DNA of 64,000 nucleotides from Callorhinchus milii (taxonomy: Eukaryota): positions 76,448,001 through 76,512,000 of the forward strand of contig NW_024704742.1 in assembly GCF_018977255.1 (NCBI RefSeq), written 5' to 3'. The notes under the pieces were generated by a model. The model was not told the DNA's origin and ran no database searches. It saw only the letters and a program-made list of their open reading frames with translations. A program made the translations under genes and the position numbers. Shown here in pieces: positions 53,601 through 64,000 of this stretch (position 1 is the first letter of the stretch; the number at the start of each line of letters is the position of its first letter).

Positions 53601-56600
53601 AATGGACAATTAATTTATTTTCAAAAATTAAGTGGGAGCAGTCATGCACTGTTCATTTGTGCAAAAATTGAAAAAAAGTGCACCCAACACTATTAAAGGG
53701 ACTTGTAATTGTTGACAGAGTTTGGCATGCTCAAGGGCTGTAACATTTCATATCGATTACACATTTTGCAAGAAGTGAGAGAAGTTTAGCTAAAACCAGA
53801 AGGGAGGCCTTGGAATAGGGTGCAAAGGAGATTTACCAGAATAATACTAGGGATGAGGGGCTTCAGTTATGTGGGGATTGGAAAAACTGGGATTGTTCTT
53901 CTTGGAGCAGATAAGGTTTGGGGTAGATTTAATATAATTGTTCAAAATTATGAGTGCTTTTGATAAGAGTAAATAAATAAATAAAGAGTTACGATTTCTT
54001 GTGGCAGGTGGGTCCGTGACCAGAGGGGAAATGAATTTTTTTTTAAAATAATTTGCAAGGCTAAGAGAAAAGGGCAGGGGAGTGGGACTAATTGGATAGC
54101 TCTTTCAAAGAACCGGCACAGGCACAATGGGCTGAAAGGCTTGAATTAAGGCAGAAACTGGCTGATCCTTTAAGCTTGAATATTTGGTGCCACAATCATT
54201 GACCGATTGAAAACTTTCTATGTTATCACAAGGCTCATCAGCAGAAATGTAACTTTATTATTATTTGCCTTTTCTTTGGTTCGTCACAAGTGGAAACACA
54301 TCACCATGCTTACGAATAAACAAACCAAACTGGAAGCTCCATGCATGCCAACTACACCATCCGTGGTCTATAATGGAAAGTGCACTCTCTCCCTGAAGGG
54401 ACGCATCTTGCTTACTTGATTCCAGAAGGTATTAGGCTCAGGTTGGCAAGAGCCAAGGTTTGGGGACTTAGGGTGTGTGTCAGGGTACTGCTGGAGCCTA
54501 ACCCGCTAAAACGCATAGCTTGCCATTGAAAGTACTGTCTGGCAATCTTCCTGTTGCTTGCCAAGCCAGCACCAATCTACCCATTAGGGCTTTGGCTTGT
54601 AGGGTTAACAAAAGCTGAGTGGGATGCCTCCAATGTCCAGTCTGCTTCCAATTCCTGCCTCTAATGACCAGTCTGCCCTTCCACGTCCTACCGATGAGCT
54701 CGGCTGGTTGGCTGTCATCAGCAGTGCCCCGGAATACTGAAGATCTGCTTAGCTCAGGAACTTGTCTATCAGGATCACCACAGAGCTCAGTTCTGGCATT
54801 CCATTGCAAAACAAGTCTCGTTGGAGACAGCTGAGCACCAATGAGATCCTGCTTACTTCTCCTCAAGAAGTATAGTCTCTAGCTGGCCACTTGTTTACTT
54901 TAAAAGAAGAGAAACTAATCTGGAAATTCTTCTTTTAAAGAAACACTTACAATTTAAGTGGATTATAATTTTCTGTAATGAAAGGTTTAGTTCAAATACA
55001 GAAAATAGGTTGATGACCCATAGGAGCAAGCAACAGACTAAAAGAGGCAATCCAAACCGGTCTAAGTCGGTTGTATTCAGACAAGTTCAAATAAATATAC
55101 GATTATAAACACCGAAGAAACACACTGTGTCACTCTGCTCTGACATGATGTATTTCCAGAATGGTGTTCCCTACAGCATCAGAAGCTGCATGTCCAGGAT
55201 TTGTCAGTATTTTAAACCTCTTTGTATACAAGTGCATAACAGCAAGTTACATTTTAATATTTGTGTCAAGGATGTCGTCAGCAGTTGGTAGAAGGGCCTA
55301 ATGCAGTGATAGGTGACATTCTTCCCTCTCTGGTGTGAATGTATTAGTATTCCACAATGACAACAATTTGCACATATATATCCCCCTTCACATAGAAGAA
55401 CATCACAAAACGCTTCACAGGTGCTGCGTGGATACCCAAACTGGGGTGGGAGATGGGGAGAGGGTAGGAGGGAGGTGGCTGGAAGTGAGTTGTAGAGGTT
55501 AACTTTTAGAAGGGTTTTGAAAATAGACAGGGAGAGTATAAGGCAGTGGGATTTGGGGTGATATCGCCAAAGAGAAGAGCAAATGGGTGAAAGCAATGGT
55601 GGAACAATGATACATAATGCTTTCCCCCCCACCCCCTGCAATGTGCCTGCATCAGTACTTTCACAACCAGTTTAGTTTTTGGATTTTTTTTAACAATAGA
55701 ACACAATGTGATCCAAATGTCAGACTCCAACCAGAAGGGGAGCTGCCATGTCAGTACATGGCATTCCATGGGACCTTGGTAAGTAACATTTTTTCACAAA
55801 AAGTGCAGAAGTAAATGTTATTTAAGAATTTGTTACAGACATGGTATAAGATTAAAGAAAGATATCAGACACTCTACTATTTTGGGATTACTTATTTATC
55901 CAATGATAGGTGGCATTTCCTGTGGACTGTGGAGTCCTGTAGCACATTGCTTAAAGAACTCGCCTAGCAAGCAAGAGCATCTGGGTTCGATTCCTGGGCA
56001 GTGCGAAAACTTAGGCAAGTTTCCTTACTCCACAGATCTTTGTTTAACTAGCAATGAGTAGGAATCTGGTTATTAGTCGATTGGTGGATCACTTTCCAGG
56101 GGTAATAATCTCTTTGAAAAAAAAAGTTTTGTTCACTCAATCCACAGCTGTTTGTGGAACACTCCTGTATGCAATTGGCTGCTGCGTTTTGTCCACAAAA
56201 TATACAATCACTACACTTTTAGGATATTCCGTGAGGCGCTTAGATGTCTCAACGACGTGAAAAGGTGCTATATTAAATGCAAACATTATTATTATCCCTT
56301 TTGGATAACATTAACCGATCCCCAACCCCTTTTTTTTAAATCCAGCATGTACATACCCAATTTCTGAAGCCTCTTCTTTTAACTCAGATACCTTCTCCAA
56401 AGCCATTGTAAACATGAAGGATCAAGTGGTGGCTGTTCACAGACTCTCCGAAGCACACACTGCACTGACAGGGAGCTCCAGGCAAGAGGGCACTTTGCCC
56501 TTTCATTCTCCCCACCCTCACTGATAATCGCCAAAAAAAAGTTCCACTGAAGAACCACACCTTTCCATTTATCAACCGCTCCACAGTTCACGTGTCACAC

Positions 56601-57366
56601 TGACTATTTGAAGAATGCGAGAGGTAGAAATTCTACTTTGATCTAGACTTTAGACTTTTTTTTAGCATTGTAGAGCAAGCGCACACACTTTAGACGTATA
56701 ATTCATTCTTAAGGTTTTGAAAGCCGTTTTTCATTGTGGGGGGAAAAAAGGGCAGAAAAAAAGACGGTTTCCAAATTAAGGCTAAATTCAAGGATTGTCC
56801 AAAAGTTACCTGTGCTGAAATGTTATGTTAATAATAAACCTGGCATTTGCTACATTGCCTTATCATGTGGTCAGGACATCTCATAGCACATCACACACAG
56901 TGTAGTGACTGTGTATTTGTAGGTGAACTCAGGAGCCAATCTACACATGACAATGTCCCACAAACAACCACGAAGTGAGTAAACATAGGCTGTATCAGTT
57001 GGGACCGTGCAATTTAATATGACTTCCGCAAAGTGTGAGTTATGTCAAATCCGGATTAGAAGATAAACGTGTGAACAGGCCTCGGGCAGGTGCATCCCAC
57101 AAAACACATACGGTTGATTCACTTTACCCTATATTCTGGTGCAGCGTTTTGAGACATCTCGGAGACGAGATAAGGGGCTTTATCAAATGCAAAGATGATG
57201 ATGATGATGATTATAATAACACTAATACAGATCACACTGATGCGAGTTTTACGGTGTAATTCCACAGTCGGGTCGAATCTCTGACCGCCACAACAAGTTC
57301 AGAGGATAACCCACGGAGTTCCTCCTTACCTGCAGCTATGAGCAGCGCCAGACTGCAGCCCCCCAT
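29481..57366 (-). CDS. btc: Betacellulin precursor (EGF family), 5 coding exons, 169 aa: [169 protein letters not shown]
   Basis: Manual splicing of exons of 37+102+106+144+121 nt gives 510 nt in one open frame, with GT-AG introns and phases 1,1,2,2. The product has a signal peptide, the D-x-NST mature N-terminus, a six-Cys EGF domain, a TM helix and a basic/acidic tail. It aligns with mammalian BTC as recalled (HFSRCPKQYKHYCIKGRCRFVVAEQTPSCVCDEGYIGARCERVDLFYLRGDRGQIL; RKRKKKEEEMETL). Confidence 0.95.
29824..29967 (-). CDS. btc: btc coding exon 4 (EGF C5-C6, juxtamembrane stalk, TM helix)
   Basis: Acceptor tttatttgtgccAG, donor GTTAAGT; encodes [16 protein letters not shown]...[23 protein letters not shown]. 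Confidence 0.96.
30338..30658 (-). mobile_element. Full-length tRNA-derived SINE (short subfamily), btc intron 3
   Basis: Head GGAGTCCTGTAGCTCAGTGGTTAGAGC with A box and B box GGTTCAATTCC; L2-like 3' end; (TTA)n tail. Confidence 0.92.
31405..31880 (-). mobile_element. CR1 RT and 3' fragments
   Basis: [20 protein letters not shown] and W..KW motifs; CR1 tail. Confidence 0.85.
32390..32773 (-). mobile_element. tRNA-derived SINE, long and more diverged subfamily
   Basis: Same head and tail as the short SINE plus a central segment (tgtttacctagcagt...ggatcactttccgggg). Confidence 0.85.
33090..34420 (+). mobile_element. Older L2 fragment with a young L2 3' end nested at 33492-33947
   Basis: [16 protein letters not shown] and FHMFVDDTQ motifs in the host element; the nested copy is bounded by TSD TTATCTAC (33484-33491 and 33948-33955). 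Confidence 0.88.
35326..35431 (-). CDS. btc: btc coding exon 3 (EGF domain C1-C4)
   Basis: Acceptor tctttttattgcAG, donor GTAAGT; encodes [29 protein letters not shown]. The intron between C4 and C5 is typical of ErbB ligands. Too short for the ORF track. Confidence 0.96.
37767..38930 (+). pseudogene. Helitron Rep (HUH endonuclease) remnant
   Basis: Frameshifted pieces [34 protein letters not shown] (HUH motif), [48 protein letters not shown] (catalytic YxxKY); interrupted by stops and a SINE. Confidence 0.9.
38315..38433 (+). mobile_element. 5'-truncated SINE inside the Helitron Rep region
   Basis: SINE 3' half with (TTA)n tail; apparent TSD TTGTG at 38310-38314 and 38434-38438. Confidence 0.85.
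39010..39231 (+). mobile_element. CR1 3' end inside the Helitron
   Basis: [10 protein letters not shown] motif; gggccgaatggcct; (ATTCTATG)2 tail. Confidence 0.88.
39235..39903 (+). pseudogene. Helitron PIF1-family helicase C-terminal remnant
   Basis: [55 protein letters not shown]; the N-terminal helicase motifs including Walker A are absent. Confidence 0.92.
40152..40938 (-). mobile_element. Non-autonomous Helitron of the same family, ~790 bp
   Basis: The reverse complement starts TCTATCTAATAAAATGACAA, homologous to 37300 onward. It contains the same atgcctaag ORF start and ends gcaagtgtagctgcaatgggtacagCTAG|T. Confidence 0.88.
41600..43225 (+). mobile_element. CR1 fragment (tether, RT N-terminus and 3' end) split by an L2 insertion
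   Basis: [28 protein letters not shown] and WNALP motifs; CR1-type 3' end. Confidence 0.88.
42044..42422 (-). mobile_element. L2 3' fragment inserted into CR1
   Basis: (TTG)n tail; TSD ACATATTAA at 42035-42043 and 42423-42431. Confidence 0.9.
47730..48598 (+). mobile_element. CR1 3' fragment, split by a SINE, lying next to the btc exon 2 donor
   Basis: [37 protein letters not shown]; tail ttcctatgttcttatgttc. Confidence 0.85.
48032..48345 (-). mobile_element. Full-length tRNA-derived SINE (short subfamily) inserted into a CR1 fragment
   Basis: Closely similar to 30338-30658; TSD ACGAAT at 48026-48031 and 48346-48351. Confidence 0.93.
48652..48753 (-). CDS. btc: btc coding exon 2 ([34 protein letters not shown])
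   Basis: Acceptor ttttttcatgtgcttAG, donor G|GTAAGA; resembles BTC ADGNSTRSPETNGLLC..EENC. Confidence 0.92.
50418..50745 (+). mobile_element. tRNA-derived SINE, long subfamily
   Basis: Head ggagctctgtagcatattggttagagc, B box ggttcgattcc, central segment, (TTA)n tail. Confidence 0.85.
50940..51515 (+). mobile_element. L2 RT fragment
   Basis: [27 protein letters not shown] and [12 protein letters not shown] motifs. Further degraded L2 pieces lie near 22530-22850, 35620-36200, 45020-45680, 49750-50380, 51940-52280, 52550-52920 and 55350-55620. Confidence 0.88.
54375..54890. repeat. Unclassified dispersed repeat, inverted copy in btc intron 1
   Basis: Collinear with 5100-5600 (ttggcaagag, gggtactgctgga, gctgtcatcagcagtgccc). 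Confidence 0.8.
55931..56295 (+). mobile_element. tRNA-derived SINE, long subfamily
   Basis: Head ggagtcctgtagc, B box ggttcgattcc, central segment and L2-like tail. Confidence 0.85.
57330..57366 (-). CDS. btc: btc coding exon 1 (signal peptide [12 protein letters not shown])
   Basis: ATG in gggATGg context with an in-frame TGA five codons upstream; donor G|GTAAGG; phase 1 fits exon 2; CpG-rich context. Confidence 0.85.
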
Positions 57367-57745
57367 CCCGCGGCTGCCTCACCGCTTGAAGGAAGGGCTG
57401 TTGGCAGTCAGTGCCCTCCTCTCTCAGCAGCTGCAGCCGCTCGGGCTGCGCCACAGCGAGAACACGGCTTCTTCCACAGAGAGAGAGAGAGAGAGAGAGC
57501 GAGCGAGGGGCCGGGCCGGGAGGGCAGGCAGGGCTGGCAGGGCAGGGCAGGGCTGGCAGGGCTGGCAGGGCAGGGCAGGGACCTCTCTGAGGACAGTTGG
57601 CCGAAGCCGTTAATGATTTCTCACAAAGTCCACACCACTCGCTTTCGCTCCGCGGTGCAGCCTCCGGGGGGTGAAAGGACACCTCGCGCCGCCTCTCCGT
57701 CTCCCTCTCCGGGGCCGCTGTCACAGTGACTGGCAGCAGCTTCCC
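57330..57745 (-). promoter_or_regulatory. GC/CpG-rich 5'UTR and proximal promoter region of btc
   Basis: Local CpG enrichment against a CpG-poor background, directly upstream of the start codon. It contains (GA)n at 57478-57499 and (GGGCA)n-like repeats at 57520-57580. The TSS cannot be determined from sequence. Confidence 0.65.
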
Positions 57746-58316
57746 CGCCCTGCCCTTGGCCTTGCCCTGCCCTGCCCCTGCCCTTGCCCCTGCCCTTGCC
57801 CTGCCCCTGCCCCTGCCCCTGCCCTTGCCCCTGCCCTGCCCTGCCCTGCCCCTGCCTTGCCCCCCTGCCCCTGCCTTCCCCCCCTTGCCCTTGCCCCTGT
57901 CCCTGTCCCTGTCCCTGCCCTTGCCCTTGCCCTTGCCCCTGCCCTGCCCTGCCCTGCCCCTGCCCTGCCCTGCCCCCCCCTGCCCTGCCCCCCCCCCTGC
58001 CCTGCCCTGCCCTGCCCCGCCCCTGCCCCCCCTGCCCCTGCCCCTGCCCCTGCCCCTGCCCTGCCCTGCCCCTGCCCCTGCCCTGCCCCTGCCCCTGCCC
58101 TGCCTCCCTGCCCTGCCCTGCCTGCCTTGCCCTGCCCTTGCCCTGCCCTTGCCCCTGTCCCTGTCCCTGCCCTTGCCCTTGCCCCTGCCCTTGCCCCTGC
58201 CCTTGCCCCTGCCCTGCCCTGCCGCCCTGCCCTGCCCTTGCCCTGCCTTTGCCCTACCCTTGCCCTGCCCCTGCCCCTGCCCTTGCCCTGCCCTTGCCCT
58301 GCCCCTGCCCCTGCCC
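57745..58316. repeat. Long (CCCTG/CCCCTG/CCTTG)n simple repeat, G-rich on the minus strand
   Basis: Directly visible ~570-bp tandem array; it accounts for the Pro/Cys/Ala and Gly/Arg ORFs in all frames. Confidence 0.97.
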
Positions 58317-61300
58317 TATGTGCGCCGACCACTTGCTGCTTCAGTCCTTGTTGGAACAGGTCATCTGGGCACCTGTTGTGTCAGGAATCAGAGCCTTTTT
58401 TGGGGGGCATCATGCACCCATCTCTCTCTCTCTCTCCCTCTCTCTCTGTCTCTCCCTCTGGTTGCTGGGCAGTCTGGCAATTAATTACATTGCAATACAA
58501 TCAAACCCTTGTCTGGTGTCAGTTTGGCACACTCCTGTCTGGGTCAGAAGGTTCAGCACTCAAGACTTCGAGCTCACAGTCTACACAGGGTGTCCACAAA
58601 GTCCTCTTATGCCCATGTTACAAAACAGCTATACGAGAGACTACGGAGGAGCTGAGATAAGATGCCAGAGAAACATTTCACCTCCTCGGGCCATCGTGTT
58701 ACGGAAGATGTCGCGCTGAACATGGAGACAGATCATTATGTGCCATGAAAATGATGGCGCTGGCACCAATCCTCTGGACGCATAAATACAGTTAAACGCT
58801 TCTACTGAATACAATTAAGTACTTCTAAAAAATACCATTACATTTTTGGCAAATGTAGTTGCTGAAAGATGTACAAAGATAATTATTAGATGTTAGATAG
58901 CAATTGCGTGGATATATATATATATATAAAATATTTAGTAATGTCTTCCCCATAAGAAAGCACACTAATTTGAAAGATTATTAATTTGAAAGGTTACATT
59001 GTTGTCTAATTAAAAATATAGTAAATAATGCCATTAATACTGTTGTACCCCAATATTGATGTCATTGACAAATCATAGACAAGTCTGTACGTGTTAAATA
59101 AAGACACAGATATATAAAAAATACCTAAAAATGACCACAAACAGATAACGAATGAACCTGCGATGGAAGGATATGGGTATTCTGGAAGGATGAGATCAAA
59201 TGGGCCAAAAAGCCTCCTTCATCCAGTCTAATCTTTTAATTTTGTGAACCTTATGACAACTCTCTGATGCCAACCATAAATAACATAAATATTAATCGAC
59301 TGTGAATCTGTAGCCATTCCATTTATTATCTTCATTTGAAATAACTGTGGGATGATCTTTTTTAGTTTCTGCACATTTCCAACACAGTCAAAAAGTTATG
59401 TCCATGTTTCTCTTGTTTCTCAAGTGTGAAATCTGTGAACTGTGAAAGAGCTTGTAAATCAAGTTGAAGAGATGGTAGCGACGAGCAGGACAGTCATTTA
59501 AACTAATCTATCTGCGTTTAGGTTCATTTTTGCATCTTACACTTTAATAAGATGGAGAGAGGAAATTTCTGACCAATGTCAAAAATATTCCATAGTCTCT
59601 TATCAAAAATTCAGTGATATACACCACAGCCTCATCCCCTGCAGCCTGTTGATCCCCTGAATCTTGGTGAAAAGCTGCCCATTTAGAATGCCATTGTTGA
59701 AAATGACCATCGGCCCATTTTTTTTGGAGGAAGAGCCTTTGCTTTTCAGAGACCTGTATTAACTGCTGAATATTGGTTTGGTTCACAAGTTGCAACAGGT
59801 CAACCTACCTTGTTGTAAGCAAGAAACTGGAGCAACAACAACTACTTGCATTTATACAGCACCCTTCACGGGGTGTAGCATTTCGGAACAACAGTGAATA
59901 GTCCATCAAACTAGTGTTCCTGATTGTACAGCGTTCATGTCATTATTACCCATATCAGTTGGCTCCTGTATGTGTGAACTTGGCATGCACGTGTCATTCA
60001 ACAGAGCTGTCGACATCAGGAAATTGTTTAGAGATAAGTGGAGACATTTGGGATAAGTAGTTGTTATTCAGATTACAAACTTATTTAAACTGCACAACTG
60101 TATTTATCTATTCTTAGGACATCAAAAATATACCAAGTCTACAGACCAAAATGTGCAATTGTCTATCATAAAAATGACATACAGAGTGTGGGAGAATATA
60201 TCAATATTTGAGAGGGGCACTGCCTCATTCACAATAAAAAAGCGCAGACCAGCTGGCAGTATGACATCAAAAGTATTATTTAGAGGGCAATCCTTATTAT
60301 GGAGTAAAAGCTGTGGTTTCTTAGCCAATTTTGCTTTGGCGGCTGGCCATTATAAACAGCCGAAATACACCCAGTATAACTATCTCAACTTTTACTGTGG
60401 TCTGGCGGTAGAGGCCAGACTGCCGCCAGGAAGAGTCTTATCCTTTATGGGTGGAGGACAGATAGAGAGGGCTGAGGAGGATGTCTAACAGATATAACAT
60501 TGCCTAATTTGCTCAGTACAATATTTTCCATGAACCTTCACAAACCTTTTTTGAGGTTCAATTACCATATAATTGTGTATGAGGCCTTAACAGGTATCAA
60601 ATTAAGACCACTCATGAAGTGCATGTTTGAATTATCGTGGCCATGAGCATAATTATCAAAGATATCTGTGCACACTAAATATAGAAATGAGGTTAATTAA
60701 TAACATTTAGCAAACAAAATTGTTTAACTGGACCCTGAGCCATATTGGGTGGTTTGGTGAAACCCTTTGTTGATCAGAAACTGTCTGCACTAAACATTAC
60801 ATGACATGATAAACTTATACAATATTCAAACACACTCCTCATTATCCTGTGTATTATGTACAAGACATCAGAAGGATATGCTGACGTATTAACAGTTAAT
60901 TGTTGTAATAATAGAACTTGTGGAATTACGCAAGATGTCAGTCACGACTGAAGAATAAAGGTAGCTTAATGTTTCAAGCAGATGTAATAATAAACCTTAC
61001 ATTAAATGTAGTGCCTTTCATGTCAGGAGGTTGCCTGAGTGTGTCACAGGATTTACTGTAAATTGGAGTGATTATGCATCTCTTTGGAAACCAGGTAGTT
61101 CATTTGTATGCAGTAACATACACAAACAACAATGAAGTAAATTACCAATTATTTTTATTTGAGAGGATTGTTGGCCAGGATTCTGGGAGAAACTTCTTTC
61201 TTTGTTTGAGCACCACCATGGGATCTGAACAACAGATGGGACCTTCTGTCATCCAAAGAATGACACCTTCAACAATACAGTGCACCCACAGCACTGCATC

Positions 61301-63704
61301 AGTGTATCAACCTAGACTATATGAGTTCAGTCTGACATGTGGCTTGAAACCACAACATACAACTGAGCCAGATTGACACCCTAGTCCTTCATGAGAGCAT
61401 CCCAGCAGAATTAAGTTCTGAATGGTCAGGGGAGAACTGACATTGTTGCTGGATTTACCCAGTAGTTAACTGATTTCTAATTCAGAATGTGTCAGTAAAT
61501 ACCTCCTTGACTCTGCCTTCCATTGCTAGACTGCATGGAATGGTGAACTAGGCTTGAAATACTGTTTAGAATTTATTTATTTATTATGAAGTAAAAGCTG
61601 TGGTTTCTGAATCATCAAATTGATGCATTGGAGTAATTCATTGATGGAAAATGAGGCGAAAGAACTCAGTTACTATATTTTACTTAGCGATTTGTTTACT
61701 TTTGGAGAGGAGTGAGTGGCATGTGCAACACTAGTTACTTATCAACCGTTTTATTTGACTGTTTACTATCATGTGGTTATTAACATAGTTGTGGCAGATA
61801 AGTATTAGATGTAGTTATATAAGCCTTGAGTTAACAAAGGAGGTTAGACAAATACAAGCCCCAGTGGATCAGTCAGATTAGATATAATTCAAGGTACTAG
61901 CCACACATCTGCTTTAGGGATTCTGTGAGTTCTATCTCACAGAGGACAGATAGCCTCTGTTTTAGAGTGTGGATGTTGGCATGGTGTGGTCCATATTAAA
62001 TCCTCATTACTTTGAAATATGTCTTGTAGCTAGAGGCTTTTTTGTAAACAGCTATTGCTGATTTTCATCACTGTTAAGAGATACAATACATTGTAGCCTC
62101 AATTACCCATGGTGATATAGGTCCCCTCTTTCCTGGTAACTGGTAAATAATAAAAGTTACACTGTAAGTGACAAGAATAACAGAGGTGGTTAGAAGGCAG
62201 GAACTGAGCTGTTGAAAGCAGGAGCTGAGTTGGAAAGATTGAATAGATGCAGCACAAGTTAAGTGGTTATCCATCTCCCCACCACTGACAGTCTTTACAA
62301 ACACTGATGTTGCAGAGAAAACACAAAGCGTTTTTATTTCTTTGTCAGCAATTTAACATCAAACCTTGATAGAGAAATAGGAATTCAGAATGCTTTGGTG
62401 ATTGGTGAGATATGGTCTTGCCGGGAATGAAGTGAGGTCCAGATCTTTTTTGACTGGTGGATGGACTTGCAGTTCCACATATTGGTTGAGATTTTTCCAG
62501 TTGATCAGTGAATTAACCAAACGTTATAGGACCCCCAGCTTGGGTCCAAAACTCTATCTGTCAGCGCCTTGTGATGTCCTCCCGATGTGAAAGGTGCTAT
62601 ACGAATGTCATTTTGTTGTTGTTGTTGTTGTTGTTGTTGTAATGTCTCAGCTGAAGGCCAGCACCTCTAACAATGCAGCACTCCCCTCAGCATCAGCCTG
62701 GAGTTTCTGCCAGATTGACCCCCTCACTGGTGTAATGCAACAAAACTATACCACAATGTCATGAGCTTTAACAAACTGGCAGAAAAAAATCTAATATTGT
62801 GTGGATTTTAATGTGTAAGATATGAACTTTTAATACCATATTTCTAACTTGTTTCAAAATAACCTACACCTAGTACTCTTAACTAAGGTCTGTGGAATGA
62901 TTCAGTTAATATCTAGTATGATGTATTCTGATGACATAGAAATTACAAGTTTATCCATTTCATAGCAGAAAAGGCTATGACTGCCAAGCTCACTGTAAGA
63001 AAACTAAATCAAGCAGGGAATTTAATCAAGAAATGAGACGCCAAGTAATGTTGCAATGAATGTAACCTAAACAGTCTAACCTGAATGTGTATTTCCATCC
63101 CACATTTGGAATACAAATTGTGAATGATTGGATCTTCAGAAACATAAAGGCGCTTTTTCTGAGTATACTGCTATAAATAGACAGATCACTCCAGAAGTTA
63201 TTAATATGCTTCTGCATTTATCTGCCATCAATCACATAATGTGCATGAGTGTTTGTGTGAGGTGTCATCCATGGTTTTGCAAGGTCAGGAGAATTTCTGA
63301 GAAGGTTTCCAGTAAATAGCTACAGTTATATACTTCACTCAAAATATTTAAGTTAAGACAAACATATCTCTACCACCTATCTTGTACTAAACACAAACAC
63401 AGAATTATGCTTACTGGACTCTGAATGCTGGTAAATGATCTAGAGTTATAAGAAGAGCTGACAGGACAATCTATAATTAGAAAGTGGAATGAAAGTGAGC
63501 TGCAGATTTATTGTATGCTGTGTTTACAGTGTACCATTTCCATCCCATTAAAACCTCTGCAAAATCAGTTCAATCACACATTCGTTTTTAATAAGGATGA
63601 ATATACAACAGCAACAGCCAAGGCTAGGGAATCCCAGAGTATGGGTTGGGGTACTGCTGTAGTCCAATCAGCTAAAACCACATTGTTTGCTATTGATATT
63701 GCTG

Positions 63705-64000
63705 TCTGGTGAGCGTTCCTGCTGCTTTTCCAGCTTGGACCACCCTATCCATCAGCACTTTGGCTTATAGGGTTAACAGGGGCTGAGTAGGATGACTTCC
63801 TGCCCCCAGTGACTGGTCTGCCCTTCCAGGTCCTGCCAATGAGCCAGGCTGGCTGTGCTGTCATCAGCTGTGCCCTGAAACACTGCAGACTTGGCTGGTT
63901 CAGGAGCTGGACTACTGAGACCACCAGAGAGGGCTGACTTGATTCTGGCATTCCGTTGCCAAGCAAGTCATCTTGGAGCCAGTTCAACTCCAAGGAGACC
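63705..64000. repeat. Unclassified dispersed repeat, inverted copy running off the window end
   Basis: gtcctgccaatgagccaggctggctg and cagttcaactccaaggagacc are shared with 5385-5551. Confidence 0.8.

Noticed and set aside
54899..54939. 12-bp inverted repeat tttaaaagaaga/tcttcttttaaa (similar short ones near 17970, 28500, 45880 and 60400)
   Set aside because: Short and mostly low-complexity; plausible by chance or as decayed MITE remnants.
57671..58719. Long Pro/Cys/Ala-rich and Gly/Arg-rich ORFs (203-329 aa)
   Set aside because: They are translations of the (CCCTG)n repeat, open in several frames on both strands because the unit lacks stop codons.
1..64000. CRISPR-like recurring motif (gggacgtcctcccgacgtgaaaggcgctat)
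   Set aside because: Copies are dispersed, occur in both orientations and are irregularly spaced; they are L2/SINE 3' tails in eukaryotic DNA.

Overview
Repeat-rich vertebrate genomic DNA, most likely a cartilaginous fish and possibly a chimaera; this is inferred from the mix of Deu-domain SINEs, tRNA-SINEs with L2-type tails, L2 and CR1. One protein-coding gene could be assembled by hand: betacellulin (btc, EGF family) on the minus strand. It has five coding exons (57366-57330, 48753-48652, 35431-35326, 29967-29824, 29601-29481), all introns GT-AG with matching phases, and encodes 169 aa. A ~570-bp (CCCTG/CCCCTG)n tract lies just upstream. Intron 2 holds a decayed Rep-helicase Helitron joined tail-to-tail to a non-autonomous copy of the same family. 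The rest is a near full-length L2, many L2/CR1/SINE fragments (several nested, with target-site duplications), an unclassified ~750-bp dispersed repeat in about six copies, and two pre-miRNA-like hairpins. No rRNA, true tRNA, CRISPR or prokaryotic features were seen. Nothing here is demonstrably a new biological system; the best leads are the Helitron pair, the two hairpins and the mirror-image microsatellites around the btc promoter.
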